A stretch of DNA of 64,000 nt from an uncultured Alphaproteobacteria bacterium (GCA_902524385.1 CABZCZ010000007.1:6091-70090); one strand, 5' to 3'. Positions 9,694 through 18,657 are shown, numbered from the stretch's first letter. The notes: generated by a model not told the origin, from the letters alone. A program made the numbers and translations.

Positions 9694-10131
9694 ATGACTA
9701 GAAACCTATCCGTTTGGAATTCTCTAAGACCATTCTCTGTTGGATTTGATTCGATCTTCGATGAATTTGACAGAATGTTAGAATCCACTGAACGTTACAA
9801 TACAAACTATCCACCTTACAATATTCATAGAGTTGATGATCACAATTATAAAATTGAAGTTGCTCTAGCTGGATATAGTAAAGAAGACATTGAGATTGAA
9901 TTAAAAGAAAATAATCTTACTGTTAGAAATAAACCAAAAGAAAAAGTGGTTAATGATAATGGTAATGGAGTAATTCACAAAGGAATCTCAACCAGACAGT
10001 TTGAAAGATCGTTCACTATTTCAGAGGACATCAAAGTTAAGGATGCCGAATTAATTAATGGACTTTTAACAATTGATCTGGAGAGAATTATACCAGAAGA
10101 AAAGAAAGCTAGACTTATTTCTATAAAATAG
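9694..10131 (+). CDS. ibpA: Small heat-shock protein, Hsp20/alpha-crystallin family
   Basis: Has an alpha-crystallin domain (YNIHRVDDHNYKIEVALAGYSKEDIEIE...GLLTIDL). I prefer the ATG at 9694, which has AAGGAG 6 nt upstream. The ORF-track start at 9646 would lie almost on the predicted transcription start. Confidence 0.9.
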   Translation: MTRNLSVWNSLRPFSVGFDSIFDEFDRMLESTERYNTNYPPYNIHRVDDHNYKIEVALAGYSKEDIEIELKENNLTVRNKPKEKVVNDNGNGVIHKGISTRQFERSFTISEDIKVKDAELINGLLTIDLERIIPEEKKARLISIK

Positions 10132-10140
10132 TCTTGGATA

Positions 10141-10158
10141 GGGGCCCTCTGAGGCCCC
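10141..10158 (+). terminator. GC-only stem-loop after the Hsp20 gene
   Basis: GGGGCC-ctctga-GGCCCC lies 10 nt after the stop. It is conspicuous in AT-rich DNA, but there is no clear T-run. Confidence 0.5.
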
Positions 10159-10185
10159 ACTTATAATGAATGTCTATTACTTTTA

Positions 10186-10202
10186 ATTAGAATAGTTCTA
10201 AA
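10186..10202. promoter_or_regulatory. ICE-like (Irr-box-like) palindrome 1
   Basis: ATTAGAA-TAG-TTCTAAA has 1 mismatch to the remembered alphaproteobacterial iron control element TTTAGAA-N3-TTCTAAA. Confidence 0.45.
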
Positions 10203-10369
10203 ACTCTTAAATATCTATTTTATAAGATCAAAAATAATTTTTTTTTACAAAAATATTTATTTTTACCTATAAATAAATCTACTTCCGTTCCACGGTGGTT
10301 AGTTTTTATAACATTATAACTCACATTTAATATTACGATTACTAACCACCTATTTTAAAAAATCTTTAA

Positions 10370-10386
10370 ATTAGAATAACTCTAAA
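10370..10386. promoter_or_regulatory. ICE-like palindrome 2
   Basis: ATTAGAA-TAA-CTCTAAA has 2 mismatches to TTTAGAA-N3-TTCTAAA. It lies 184 bp downstream of box 1 and about 204 nt upstream of the 10590 ATG. Confidence 0.35.
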
Positions 10387-10589
10387 TACATACAAAAGAG
10401 CCTGTAAAAACTGGATAAATAAATTAAAAAAATTTGTTTATTAAATTATTATAAAAGCTTCTTAGATCCTTAGTAATAGGACGTGGAGATGAGTAATCTT
10501 TTAAAGGTAAAGGCGCATCTTAACCAAACTAGTTTCAACTTATCTCCACACCTCAAACTAAGAATAATTTACAATTAAGGAAAATAATT

Positions 10590-11969
10590 ATGAAAAAAAT
10601 ATTACTCATTGCTACTGCATTAGTTTTATCGTTTAACTTTTCTAAATCTTTTGCAGATGGTCATGGCCCAGAGATATACGGTCCATATCCAATTACGTTA
10701 AAAGGTTATGAAGGTGATGCTACAAATTCAGTAAAATATACAGGTCAAATGGCTAGACAAGTTTTACACGACAGTTTGAAAAAACTAGTTAAAACTGGTG
10801 ATCTAGATAAGATGATGGCTTACTATAATGGAGAAGATGGTTTAGAGATCATTGCGCCTAAGTCTAAAGACGGTTTTCCTGTTATGCAAACTATGGTTTC
10901 AGAGATTGGTAGTGGAAACTTATCTGGCAAAATGTACAAAGGTGCAATTCCAGGTTGGGGTGGACTATCCGGACCTGAAGCTCTAGAGCATATGATGCAG
11001 AAAGCTAGCGAAATTGGCGGCGATTTTGATCCTTCAACAGGATTTGATTACACTCAATTAATATCTAAGTTTGCTATGGGTGCTGTTTTTTATAACCAAG
11101 GTGTAAATAATTATCTTGGTACAAAAATGGAAATTGGTCAAAAAGAAAATCGTAAGCCATATAAAGAAGGCGCTTATTATACTGGTAAAGAACATAGCTG
11201 GGATGAAGCATTTGGATATTGGGGTGCTCCAGCACACTCTTTAACATTAACAGCAGAACAGAATTATAATGTTGCTAAAATGAAAGATTTAGCTGCTGCT
11301 GATTTTAATAGTGACGGCGTTGTAGATTTATATTCTGAGATGTTATTTGCACATGCTTACTACGCATCAAGTTATGACAAAGGTGGTAAGACTAACTATC
11401 TAGCTACTGTTAACCAAGCATTCATTGATGGCAGAAAAGTTATCAGAGATGCTGGCGGTAGAAATTTAAATTTTTCTGAAAGAACCGAAATGTTAGCAGC
11501 TAGAGATACTATTAGAGAAAATTGGCAAAAAGTTATTGCTGAGTCTGTGTTTAAGTATGCTGGATCTACCTATAAAGATATTGTTGCACTTGAAACAATT
11601 ATGGATGCTAATGGTGATACTGAAGAAGCTTTTAGAAAGTATGCCAAACACTGGGGTGAACTTAAAGGCTTTGCTTTAGCTCTTCAATGTGGACCAGAAG
11701 ATCTAGGTGAAACTGCAGAAAAGATGAATAGAATGATGGGTTTTGGACCAGTTCTATTAAATGCTTCTCAAGTTGTTGGAGTTGACTCAAATGGTAACTT
11801 TATAAAAGATCAAGCTCAAGACTGGGGAGAATTTAAACTTCACATGATTAAAATTCAAAAACTCATGGTTGATGAATTTGGAGTTACTGCAAGAAACAAT
11901 GATCAGTTAGCTGCTATGGAAGAACTTGCCAGCACTATGGGAAGCTCTGATTCTGCAGAAAACGATTAA
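10590..11969 (+). CDS. Secreted/periplasmic protein of unknown function, possibly DUF4856/imelysin-associated, heading the iron-uptake locus
   Basis: Has a signal peptide (MKKILLIATALVLSFNFSKSFA) and a SWDEAFGYWGAP block that I associate, from memory, with DUF4856. AAGGAA lies upstream of the ATG. Confidence 0.4.
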   Translation: MKKILLIATALVLSFNFSKSFADGHGPEIYGPYPITLKGYEGDATNSVKYTGQMARQVLHDSLKKLVKTGDLDKMMAYYNGEDGLEIIAPKSKDGFPVMQTMVSEIGSGNLSGKMYKGAIPGWGGLSGPEALEHMMQKASEIGGDFDPSTGFDYTQLISKFAMGAVFYNQGVNNYLGTKMEIGQKENRKPYKEGAYYTGKEHSWDEAFGYWGAPAHSLTLTAEQNYNVAKMKDLAAADFNSDGVVDLYSEMLFAHAYYASSYDKGGKTNYLATVNQAFIDGRKVIRDAGGRNLNFSERTEMLAARDTIRENWQKVIAESVFKYAGSTYKDIVALETIMDANGDTEEAFRKYAKHWGELKGFALALQCGPEDLGETAEKMNRMMGFGPVLLNASQVVGVDSNGNFIKDQAQDWGEFKLHMIKIQKLMVDEFGVTARNNDQLAAMEELASTMGSSDSAEND

Positions 11970-11980
11970 TTAAATATCAT

Positions 11981-12007
11981 AGTGTGGCTTTGTATAAAGC
12001 CACACTG
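11981..12007 (+). terminator. Stem-loop after the secreted-protein gene (partial terminator or attenuator)
   Basis: AGTGTGGCTTT-gtat-AAAGCCACACT is an 11-bp perfect stem 12 nt after the stop. There is no T-run, so read-through into the downstream genes is plausible. Confidence 0.5.
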
Positions 12008-12025
12008 CTAAACTGGTAAACTGGA

Positions 12026-13036
12026 ATGGAAATTTTGACAGAATATTTATCTAATATTGGTAATCAATTTATTGATCCAAAAAAAAGAGTCTTTGTAGCA
12101 TACATTGGAATCTCAATATTAATTGCATTTTTATGGTTTATCTTATTAAGAAAATATTCTCTTATTGGAGCATTTAGGAAAATTTTTGATAAAAAAATAT
12201 TTTTTTCTAAGTCAGCAAAATCTGACTACAAAGTTTTTCTTATTAATCAATTAATCATGATGACTATTTCACCACTTCTAATTACTCAATTAACAATTGC
12301 TACAGCACTTTACTTTTATTTTCACACCATCGATTGGTTAAGTGTTGGAATGTTTAAAGAAACCCTTCCGATTCTTGTGATAATTGCTTTCACTACTTTT
12401 CAATTTACTATTGATGATTTTAGCAAATATATAGTTCATAGGTTTATGCACAAATGGCCAATTTTATGGTCACTTCATAAAGTTCACCATTCTGCTACCG
12501 TTTTAACACCAATGACTGTTTTTAGAACTCATCCTTTAGAGGGTATAATTTTCTCTCTTAGAAGTTCAATCACACAAGCAATTAGTATTTCTTCTTTTAT
12601 TTTTTTATTTGGTGATTCAGTAAGCTTATATACAGTTCTTGGAGTAAATATTTTTGTATTTATTTTTAATATACTAGGATCAAATTTACGACACTCACAT
12701 GTAGGTATTAGATATTGGAGATGGGTAGAGTATATATTCATTTCTCCAGCCCAACATCAATTACATCATTCTATAGCAAAAGAACACCATGATAAGAACT
12801 TCGGAGCAGCTTTAGCTATTTGGGATTATCTATTTAGATCACTTCATCATTCAGTTGAATTTGAAACTTTAGAACTTGGAATTGAAAAAAACCAAAAAGA
12901 TGAAAGCCATAATTTAAAAGATTTATATATAAATCCATTTATTGAAATTAAAAATTATATTTTAAGAAAGTTTTTAAAAATAAAACTTAAATTTAGCACA
13001 ATTAATCAGAAAAGGAGATCGTTAAATGAAAACTAA
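12026..13036 (+). CDS. Fatty-acid hydroxylase/sterol desaturase superfamily membrane di-iron enzyme
   Basis: Has three His boxes (HRFMHK, HKVHH, HQLHH) and multiple TM segments. It overlaps the start of the Fe3+ SBP gene by 11 nt. Confidence 0.8.
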   Translation: MEILTEYLSNIGNQFIDPKKRVFVAYIGISILIAFLWFILLRKYSLIGAFRKIFDKKIFFSKSAKSDYKVFLINQLIMMTISPLLITQLTIATALYFYFHTIDWLSVGMFKETLPILVIIAFTTFQFTIDDFSKYIVHRFMHKWPILWSLHKVHHSATVLTPMTVFRTHPLEGIIFSLRSSITQAISISSFIFLFGDSVSLYTVLGVNIFVFIFNILGSNLRHSHVGIRYWRWVEYIFISPAQHQLHHSIAKEHHDKNFGAALAIWDYLFRSLHHSVEFETLELGIEKNQKDESHNLKDLYINPFIEIKNYILRKFLKIKLKFSTINQKRRSLNEN

Positions 13037-14045
13037 TTTATTAAATTTTGTATTTTTATTTTTTATATTTATTTTTACTCCGTATTTAAATGCAAAAGAA
13101 ATAAATATTTATTCACATAGACAGCCATTTTTAATTAATCCTTTTTTAGAATTATTTACTGAAGAAACTGGCATTAAGACGAATGTTGTTTATTCTAAAA
13201 AAGGCTTAGCACAGAGACTGAAGGCTGAGGGAGAAAATAGTCCAGCGGATGTTATTCTTACGGTAGATATAGGAAGACTGTATATTTATGATGATCTTGA
13301 TTTACTTTCTCCATTAGATTCAAAACAGTTACAAAATAATATTCCTAATTACCTGAGGAGTCCCGACAATACATGGTTTGGGCTTTCCAAAAGAGCTAGA
13401 GTTATAGTAGTGCATAATGAGAAGATTGCAGAGGGTGACATAACCAGAATTGAAGATTTGGCAGACCCCAAATGGAAGGGAAAAATTTGTTCAAGACCTG
13501 GAAGTCACGTTTACAACCGTGGTATAATGGCATCAGTATTAGCTGCACTTGGTGCAGAGGAAGCTGAAAAATGGGCTAAGGCAATGGTAGCAAACTTTGC
13601 CAAAAGACCTCAAGGTAATGATAGAGCGCAGGTAAAAGCTATTCATGAAGGAGAGTGTGAAATTGCACTAATAAATAATTATTATTATGGAAAACTGAAA
13701 TTTTCAGAAGATCCAGAACAGAGAAAATGGGCAGAAAGTGTAAGATTAGTTTTTCCAAATCAAGCAGAAGGTGACAGAGGGGCTCATGTTAATATTTCTG
13801 GAGGTGGCGTAGCTAAGTTTTCTAATAGTAAAGAAGAAGCTCAAAAGTTGCTTGAGTTCTTAACAAGTGAAAAAGCACAAAAACTTTACGGAGAAATAAA
13901 TTTTGAGTATCCAGCAAATCTGAAAATTGAACCTGGAAAAGAATTACAAAGTTGGGGTAGCTTTAGAGAGGATACTCTTCCAATAATAAAGATAGCAGAA
14001 CTTGCTCCTAATGCCCAAATGATAATTGATCGGGTTGGCTGGTAG
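13026..14045 (+). CDS. sfuA: Fe(III) ABC transporter periplasmic substrate-binding protein (FbpA/SfuA/AfuA type)
   Basis: Has a signal peptide. NIYSHRQPFL, DVILTVD, NNYYYGK and VNISGGGV blocks are typical of ferric-binding proteins. Confidence 0.85.
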   Translation: MKTNLLNFVFLFFIFIFTPYLNAKEINIYSHRQPFLINPFLELFTEETGIKTNVVYSKKGLAQRLKAEGENSPADVILTVDIGRLYIYDDLDLLSPLDSKQLQNNIPNYLRSPDNTWFGLSKRARVIVVHNEKIAEGDITRIEDLADPKWKGKICSRPGSHVYNRGIMASVLAALGAEEAEKWAKAMVANFAKRPQGNDRAQVKAIHEGECEIALINNYYYGKLKFSEDPEQRKWAESVRLVFPNQAEGDRGAHVNISGGGVAKFSNSKEEAQKLLEFLTSEKAQKLYGEINFEYPANLKIEPGKELQSWGSFREDTLPIIKIAELAPNAQMIIDRVGW

Positions 14046-14056
14046 TTTATAACCAA

Positions 14057-15670
14057 GTGAATTTGTATAATTGGAATAGCTCATCTACGTTAGCAACTTT
14101 TCTTGCTCTTTTTATAATTTGTCCAATAGTTGCTATTTTTTACTCCGCATTTTTAGGAGATACCAGTTTATGGCCACATCTATTCTCTACCGTTCTGCCG
14201 AGATATGTTTACAACACAATTGTGCTCATGATCGGAGTAAGTATTCTAAGTATGATCTTTGGTGTTTCTTCAGCATGGGTAGTTACAAGATATAACTTCA
14301 TCGGTAAAAATTTTTTTGAGTGGGCACTATTATTACCTGCTGCAGTACCTGCATATATCATTGCTTATACATATACTGATTTTTTAGAATATGCTGGTCC
14401 ATTACAAAAACTACTAAGGGAAATTTTTAACTGGAATAGTGTTGCCGATTATTGGTTCCCAGAAATACGATCAATGGGCGGAGCTATTTTAGTTATGTCG
14501 TGTGTTCTTTATCCATATATTTATATGATGACTAGAGCATCTTTTTTAACCGTGCCCTTATCTTTTTATCAAACAAGTTTAATTTATGGACGAAGCAGTT
14601 TTTTTTCTGTTGCCCTGCCACTAGCAAGACCGGGAATATTTGCTGGCCTAGCACTTGTATTAATGGAAACAATTTCTGATTTTGGGACAGTTGAATACTT
14701 TGCTTTAGAAACTCTAACCCTTGGCGTATTTAATGTATGGTTGGGAATGAACAGTCTATCAGGTGCAGCACAAATATCTTCAGTTTTATTTATTTTTGTT
14801 GTTGTCCTTTTAACTATTGAATATTTAGCAAGACGTAGACAAAGATATTTTGAAAAAAGTAGTGGTCAAAATATGCTTGAATCAGACACAATTTCATTTT
14901 CTGGAAAGTTACTCTGTTTTTTAATTTGTTTGACTCCAATTACTCTTGGGTTTGTAATTCCTGTGCTCATTCTTTTAAATTTCGTTTTAAGTGGTTTTTC
15001 TATAATTAATTTTAGTGAAGTTATATTTGCTGCAACAACAAGTATATCGCTTTCACTCGCAGGAGCTGCTACTGTCATGCTAGTTTCTATAATTCTAATT
15101 ATTGTATCAAATTATAAATCAAATACTTTTCAAAAAGGATTAATTTTTGTAGCTTCATGTGGTTATGCCCTACCAGGTACTATACTTGCAGTTGGCATTG
15201 TTATCTTTTTTGGATGGTTAAACTCAATAACTAATATTGAGATGGGTTATGTTGCAGGCGGTTTCTTAGTATTAATTTTTGCTTACACAACTAGATTTTT
15301 AGCAGTTGGTAATGCTGCCCTGCGATCAGGAATACTTAAAGTTCATCCAAATGCGGTTGATGCTTCTCAAACAATGGGAAAAGGTTTTCTAAATACAATT
15401 CGAGTAATCGTATTACCGTTAATTTATACAAATATCTTAATAGGAGGCATCCTAGTTTTTGTTGATATTTTAAAAGAACTTCCAATTACTCTACTGCTAA
15501 GACCTTTTAATTTTGAAACTTTAGCTACTTATGTCTATCAATATGCATCCGATGAACTTTTACAAGAATCATCATTTGCTGCTCTAATCATTATTGTGGT
15601 TGGTCTTGGTCCAGTAATATTTTTAAACACAACTCTTCAAAGGGTTTCACAAAAAAAAGAAAGCAACTAA
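14057..15670 (+). CDS. sfuB: Fe(III) ABC transporter permease, duplicated two-domain type (FbpB/SfuB)
   Basis: It is 537 aa with about 12 TM segments and two EAA-like loops. It follows sfuA. It has a GTG start in the track. Confidence 0.85.
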   Translation: MNLYNWNSSSTLATFLALFIICPIVAIFYSAFLGDTSLWPHLFSTVLPRYVYNTIVLMIGVSILSMIFGVSSAWVVTRYNFIGKNFFEWALLLPAAVPAYIIAYTYTDFLEYAGPLQKLLREIFNWNSVADYWFPEIRSMGGAILVMSCVLYPYIYMMTRASFLTVPLSFYQTSLIYGRSSFFSVALPLARPGIFAGLALVLMETISDFGTVEYFALETLTLGVFNVWLGMNSLSGAAQISSVLFIFVVVLLTIEYLARRRQRYFEKSSGQNMLESDTISFSGKLLCFLICLTPITLGFVIPVLILLNFVLSGFSIINFSEVIFAATTSISLSLAGAATVMLVSIILIIVSNYKSNTFQKGLIFVASCGYALPGTILAVGIVIFFGWLNSITNIEMGYVAGGFLVLIFAYTTRFLAVGNAALRSGILKVHPNAVDASQTMGKGFLNTIRVIVLPLIYTNILIGGILVFVDILKELPITLLLRPFNFETLATYVYQYASDELLQESSFAALIIIVVGLGPVIFLNTTLQRVSQKKESN

Positions 15671-16713
15671 TTTTTAAAAATAAAAGCTTGAGATTGATCT
15701 ATCTCAATTTCGACAGCAGATGATTGTTTAGGATTAAATTCTGGAGGCATGTGACTATGAACATGAATAACCTCATTATTGTCATCAAGCACTGAAAGAT
15801 GAACAAAACTGAAAGAACCCATTAATTTTGAGGCCATAACAGTACCTTTTATTCCATTAACCGGTGTTGGTTGTTGTTTTAATTTTACTCCTTGTGGTCT
15901 TACATGTATTTCTACATTTGTATTTTCAAGTTCATTTGGAGCTTTAATTTTTCCTACTGGCGTATCTACAAAAGAGTTATTAACTACTCCATGAAACCTA
16001 TTTGTTTCACCAAAAAATTCAGTCACATATGAATTTTTAGGATTTTTATATAATTCTGCCGGGCTACCAGATTGAATAATATATCCTGAGGTATCCATAA
16101 TATTTATTTGATTAGAAATGAACATAGCTTCAAATGGATCATGAGTAACAATAATCACTGATATGTTAGATTTTTGTAATAAATGCAAAGTATCATCCCT
16201 GACTTCTTCTCTTAAATTCAAATCAAGACTCGAAAATGGCTCATCTAATAAAAGTAAATCAGGTTGAGAAATAATTGATCTTGCTAATGCTACTCTTTGT
16301 TGCTCACCACCACTTAACTCATGGGGAAATTTATTTAGAGAGTTTGGAAGTTTTATTAAATCAATAATATCCTCAATTTTATAATTTGAATTTTTATAAT
16401 TTATGGGATACTCTAAGTTTTGCTTGACTGTTAAATGTGGAAACAAAGCATAGTCTTGAAATAAAAATCCAATTTTTCTCTTTTCAGTTGGTAAATGTTT
16501 TTTTGTACTACTCACCTCTTCTCCATTTATTAAGATTTCACCGGATTGTACTTTTTCTAAACCTGCAATAAGTTTTAATAATGTTGTTTTTCCACTTCCT
16601 GAAGGACCAAGAATACAAGAAATGCTATCCTTGGTTAGATTGAACTCAATATTATTTAAGATTTTTTTATTATTAATCTCATGAGTCAGATTTTTTACTT
16701 CAACAGCTAACAT
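15667..16713 (-). CDS. ABC transporter ATP-binding protein (FbpC/PotA type), convergent with sfuB
   Basis: Has Walker A GPSGSGKTT, the signature LSGGEQQRVALAR, Walker B LLLLDEP and a C-terminal TOBE-like domain. The stops overlap (CTAA). Confidence 0.85.
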   Translation of the reverse strand: MLAVEVKNLTHEINNKKILNNIEFNLTKDSISCILGPSGSGKTTLLKLIAGLEKVQSGEILINGEEVSSTKKHLPTEKRKIGFLFQDYALFPHLTVKQNLEYPINYKNSNYKIEDIIDLIKLPNSLNKFPHELSGGEQQRVALARSIISQPDLLLLDEPFSSLDLNLREEVRDDTLHLLQKSNISVIIVTHDPFEAMFISNQINIMDTSGYIIQSGSPAELYKNPKNSYVTEFFGETNRFHGVVNNSFVDTPVGKIKAPNELENTNVEIHVRPQGVKLKQQPTPVNGIKGTVMASKLMGSFSFVHLSVLDDNNEVIHVHSHMPPEFNPKQSSAVEIEIDQSQAFIFKN

Positions 16714-16735
16714 AACTTTCCTAATACACTAAAAA

Positions 16736-17647
16736 TTAAACGCGAGGAAATTTTTCTAAAACTTCACTTTCCCATTCTAGAAATTTTTTGGATCTATTAT
16801 CTGGACTTGGGTGAGATCCCATAAATTCGGGCATTCTTCCTTCTTGATCTGCCATCATTCTTTGCCATAGTTTGGCAGGTTCTTTAATATTAAAGCCTGC
16901 AAGATTCATAAATCCCATACCTAAATAATCTGCTTCACTTTCCATTTTTCTACTAAAAGGAAGAAAGATACCATATTTAACAACTGAGTTATAAACATTA
17001 CCACCTACATTACCTACTCTAAAAGACTTATTAAGAAGTTCTGCATACCTACTTCGTGATATCCCAATGGTTGCCATTTGTATCATTGAAGCTTGAGTTA
17101 ATTTTTCTACAGTATGTCTTGCAAATGCATGAGCAATTTCATGTCCCATGACTGCTGCAATACCATCGTCATTTTTACATATAGGAAGTATACCTGTATA
17201 AAAAGCGATTTTGCCCCCTGGCATACACCAAGCATTTTTATTTTCTGAATCTATAAGAGCGAACTGCCAATTAAAATTTCCAGCAGGATTTTTTTCACGC
17301 TTATTAAGATAGTACGTATCTAGAGAGGTGTAAATTTCTTTTCCTATTTCTTCAATTTTTTTTGATTCATCTGTGTTATCTAAAAGAATTTTATCTTCTT
17401 TAGCTTTAGATAAAAATCTTGAATATGTTTTTTCAACTTCTTGATTTAGAGATCTTTCATTTGGATAAATCTTTGGTGTGCCAAGGATACCTCCACCCAT
17501 TAAAATTATGGGAAGGTTGCTATCATATAAATTTAACTGACTTCTATTTGTTAGCGGAACTTGTGTACAAGAAGGTAAAAATACAGATCCACATAATGAG
17601 CAGCTTGCTCCAACAATAAAATTTCTTCTATTTGTTTTTGTTTCCAC
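16736..17647 (-). CDS. M48 family zinc metallopeptidase with a Tat/lipoprotein-like leader
   Basis: Has HEIAHAFARH plus a downstream ESEADYLG. The N-terminus is RRNFIVGASCSLCGSVFLPSC. Confidence 0.85.
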   Translation of the reverse strand: METKTNRRNFIVGASCSLCGSVFLPSCTQVPLTNRSQLNLYDSNLPIILMGGGILGTPKIYPNERSLNQEVEKTYSRFLSKAKEDKILLDNTDESKKIEEIGKEIYTSLDTYYLNKREKNPAGNFNWQFALIDSENKNAWCMPGGKIAFYTGILPICKNDDGIAAVMGHEIAHAFARHTVEKLTQASMIQMATIGISRSRYAELLNKSFRVGNVGGNVYNSVVKYGIFLPFSRKMESEADYLGMGFMNLAGFNIKEPAKLWQRMMADQEGRMPEFMGSHPSPDNRSKKFLEWESEVLEKFPRV

Positions 17648-17676
17648 TTATTTATTATATAGGTAATTTCAATTAT

Positions 17677-18657
17677 ATGAAAATTTTTAATACAGTTAAA
17701 AAAGCAGAAATTCATGTTCATCTTGAAGCTACCATTAAACCAGAACTTTGTAAAAAATTTGCTATGCGCAATAATCATGAAATACCAGAAGAAATGTTTG
17801 GATCAAAATATGCATACCAATGGGATGATTTTTATGATTTTATAAAAAAATATGACATTGTCACTTCTGTTATTCATACGCCAGAAGACTATTTTGAATT
17901 AACGTATGAGTATTTAAAAGAATGTGCCGCTAACAAGGTCCTCTATGTTGAAGCGATGATTTCATCAACTCACGCCAAAGCAAAGGGCATGACATATCAT
18001 TCATTTATTGAGGGAGTATATGAAGCTTCTAAAAAAGCTGAAGAGGATTTCGGCATTGTGTCTCGATATATAATGAATGGCATTAGACATCTTGGACCAG
18101 AGTCTGTTCAAAATACAGCTAAAGAAGTCCTTGATAACCCTCATCCATGTTTAGTTGGTTTTGGTTTAGCTGGTGATGAGTTACATTTTCCTCCAAATCT
18201 ATTTGTAAAAACATTTGATATGCTGAAAGAGATGAATTTTCCCATTTCTGTTCATGCTGGTGAATGGGATGGCCCAGAAAATATTCGTAATGCCATAAAT
18301 TTATTACACCCAACTAGATTAGGTCACGGCGTAAGATCAATTGAAGATCCTGATCTTGTAAAAGAGATTATTGAAAAAGATATTATTCTTGAAACTTGTC
18401 CAACGAGTAATATCGCTACAAAGATTTATGAAGATTATGAAAGTCATCCAGTTAAAACATTATTTGATCAAGGTGTAAAAGTCACTGTTAATTCAGATGA
18501 CCCTCCATTTTTTAATGCCACCATTCAAGGCGAATACAAAGTTATGGAAGAATTAGGCTTGAATGAAAAACAACTTACATCACTTACTCAAAACGCCATT
18601 AAGTATTCTTTTTGTGATGAAGAAAATAAAAATAAATTATTATCTAAATTAAGCTAG
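17677..18657 (+). CDS. add: Adenosine deaminase
   Basis: Carries EIHVHLEA, SVHAGE and NSDDPPFF. I prefer the ATG at 17677; the ORF-track start at 17632 would overlap the divergent M48 gene. Confidence 0.88.
   Translation: MKIFNTVKKAEIHVHLEATIKPELCKKFAMRNNHEIPEEMFGSKYAYQWDDFYDFIKKYDIVTSVIHTPEDYFELTYEYLKECAANKVLYVEAMISSTHAKAKGMTYHSFIEGVYEASKKAEEDFGIVSRYIMNGIRHLGPESVQNTAKEVLDNPHPCLVGFGLAGDELHFPPNLFVKTFDMLKEMNFPISVHAGEWDGPENIRNAINLLHPTRLGHGVRSIEDPDLVKEIIEKDIILETCPTSNIATKIYEDYESHPVKTLFDQGVKVTVNSDDPPFFNATIQGEYKVMEELGLNEKQLTSLTQNAIKYSFCDEENKNKLLSKLS

Noticed and set aside
10459-10564. Assignment of the leader structure to a known riboswitch class (glycine, SAM-V, Mn/yybP, NiCo, fluoride)
   Set aside because: I could not find the conserved core nucleotides of any class I remember. 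It is kept only as an unclassified structure.
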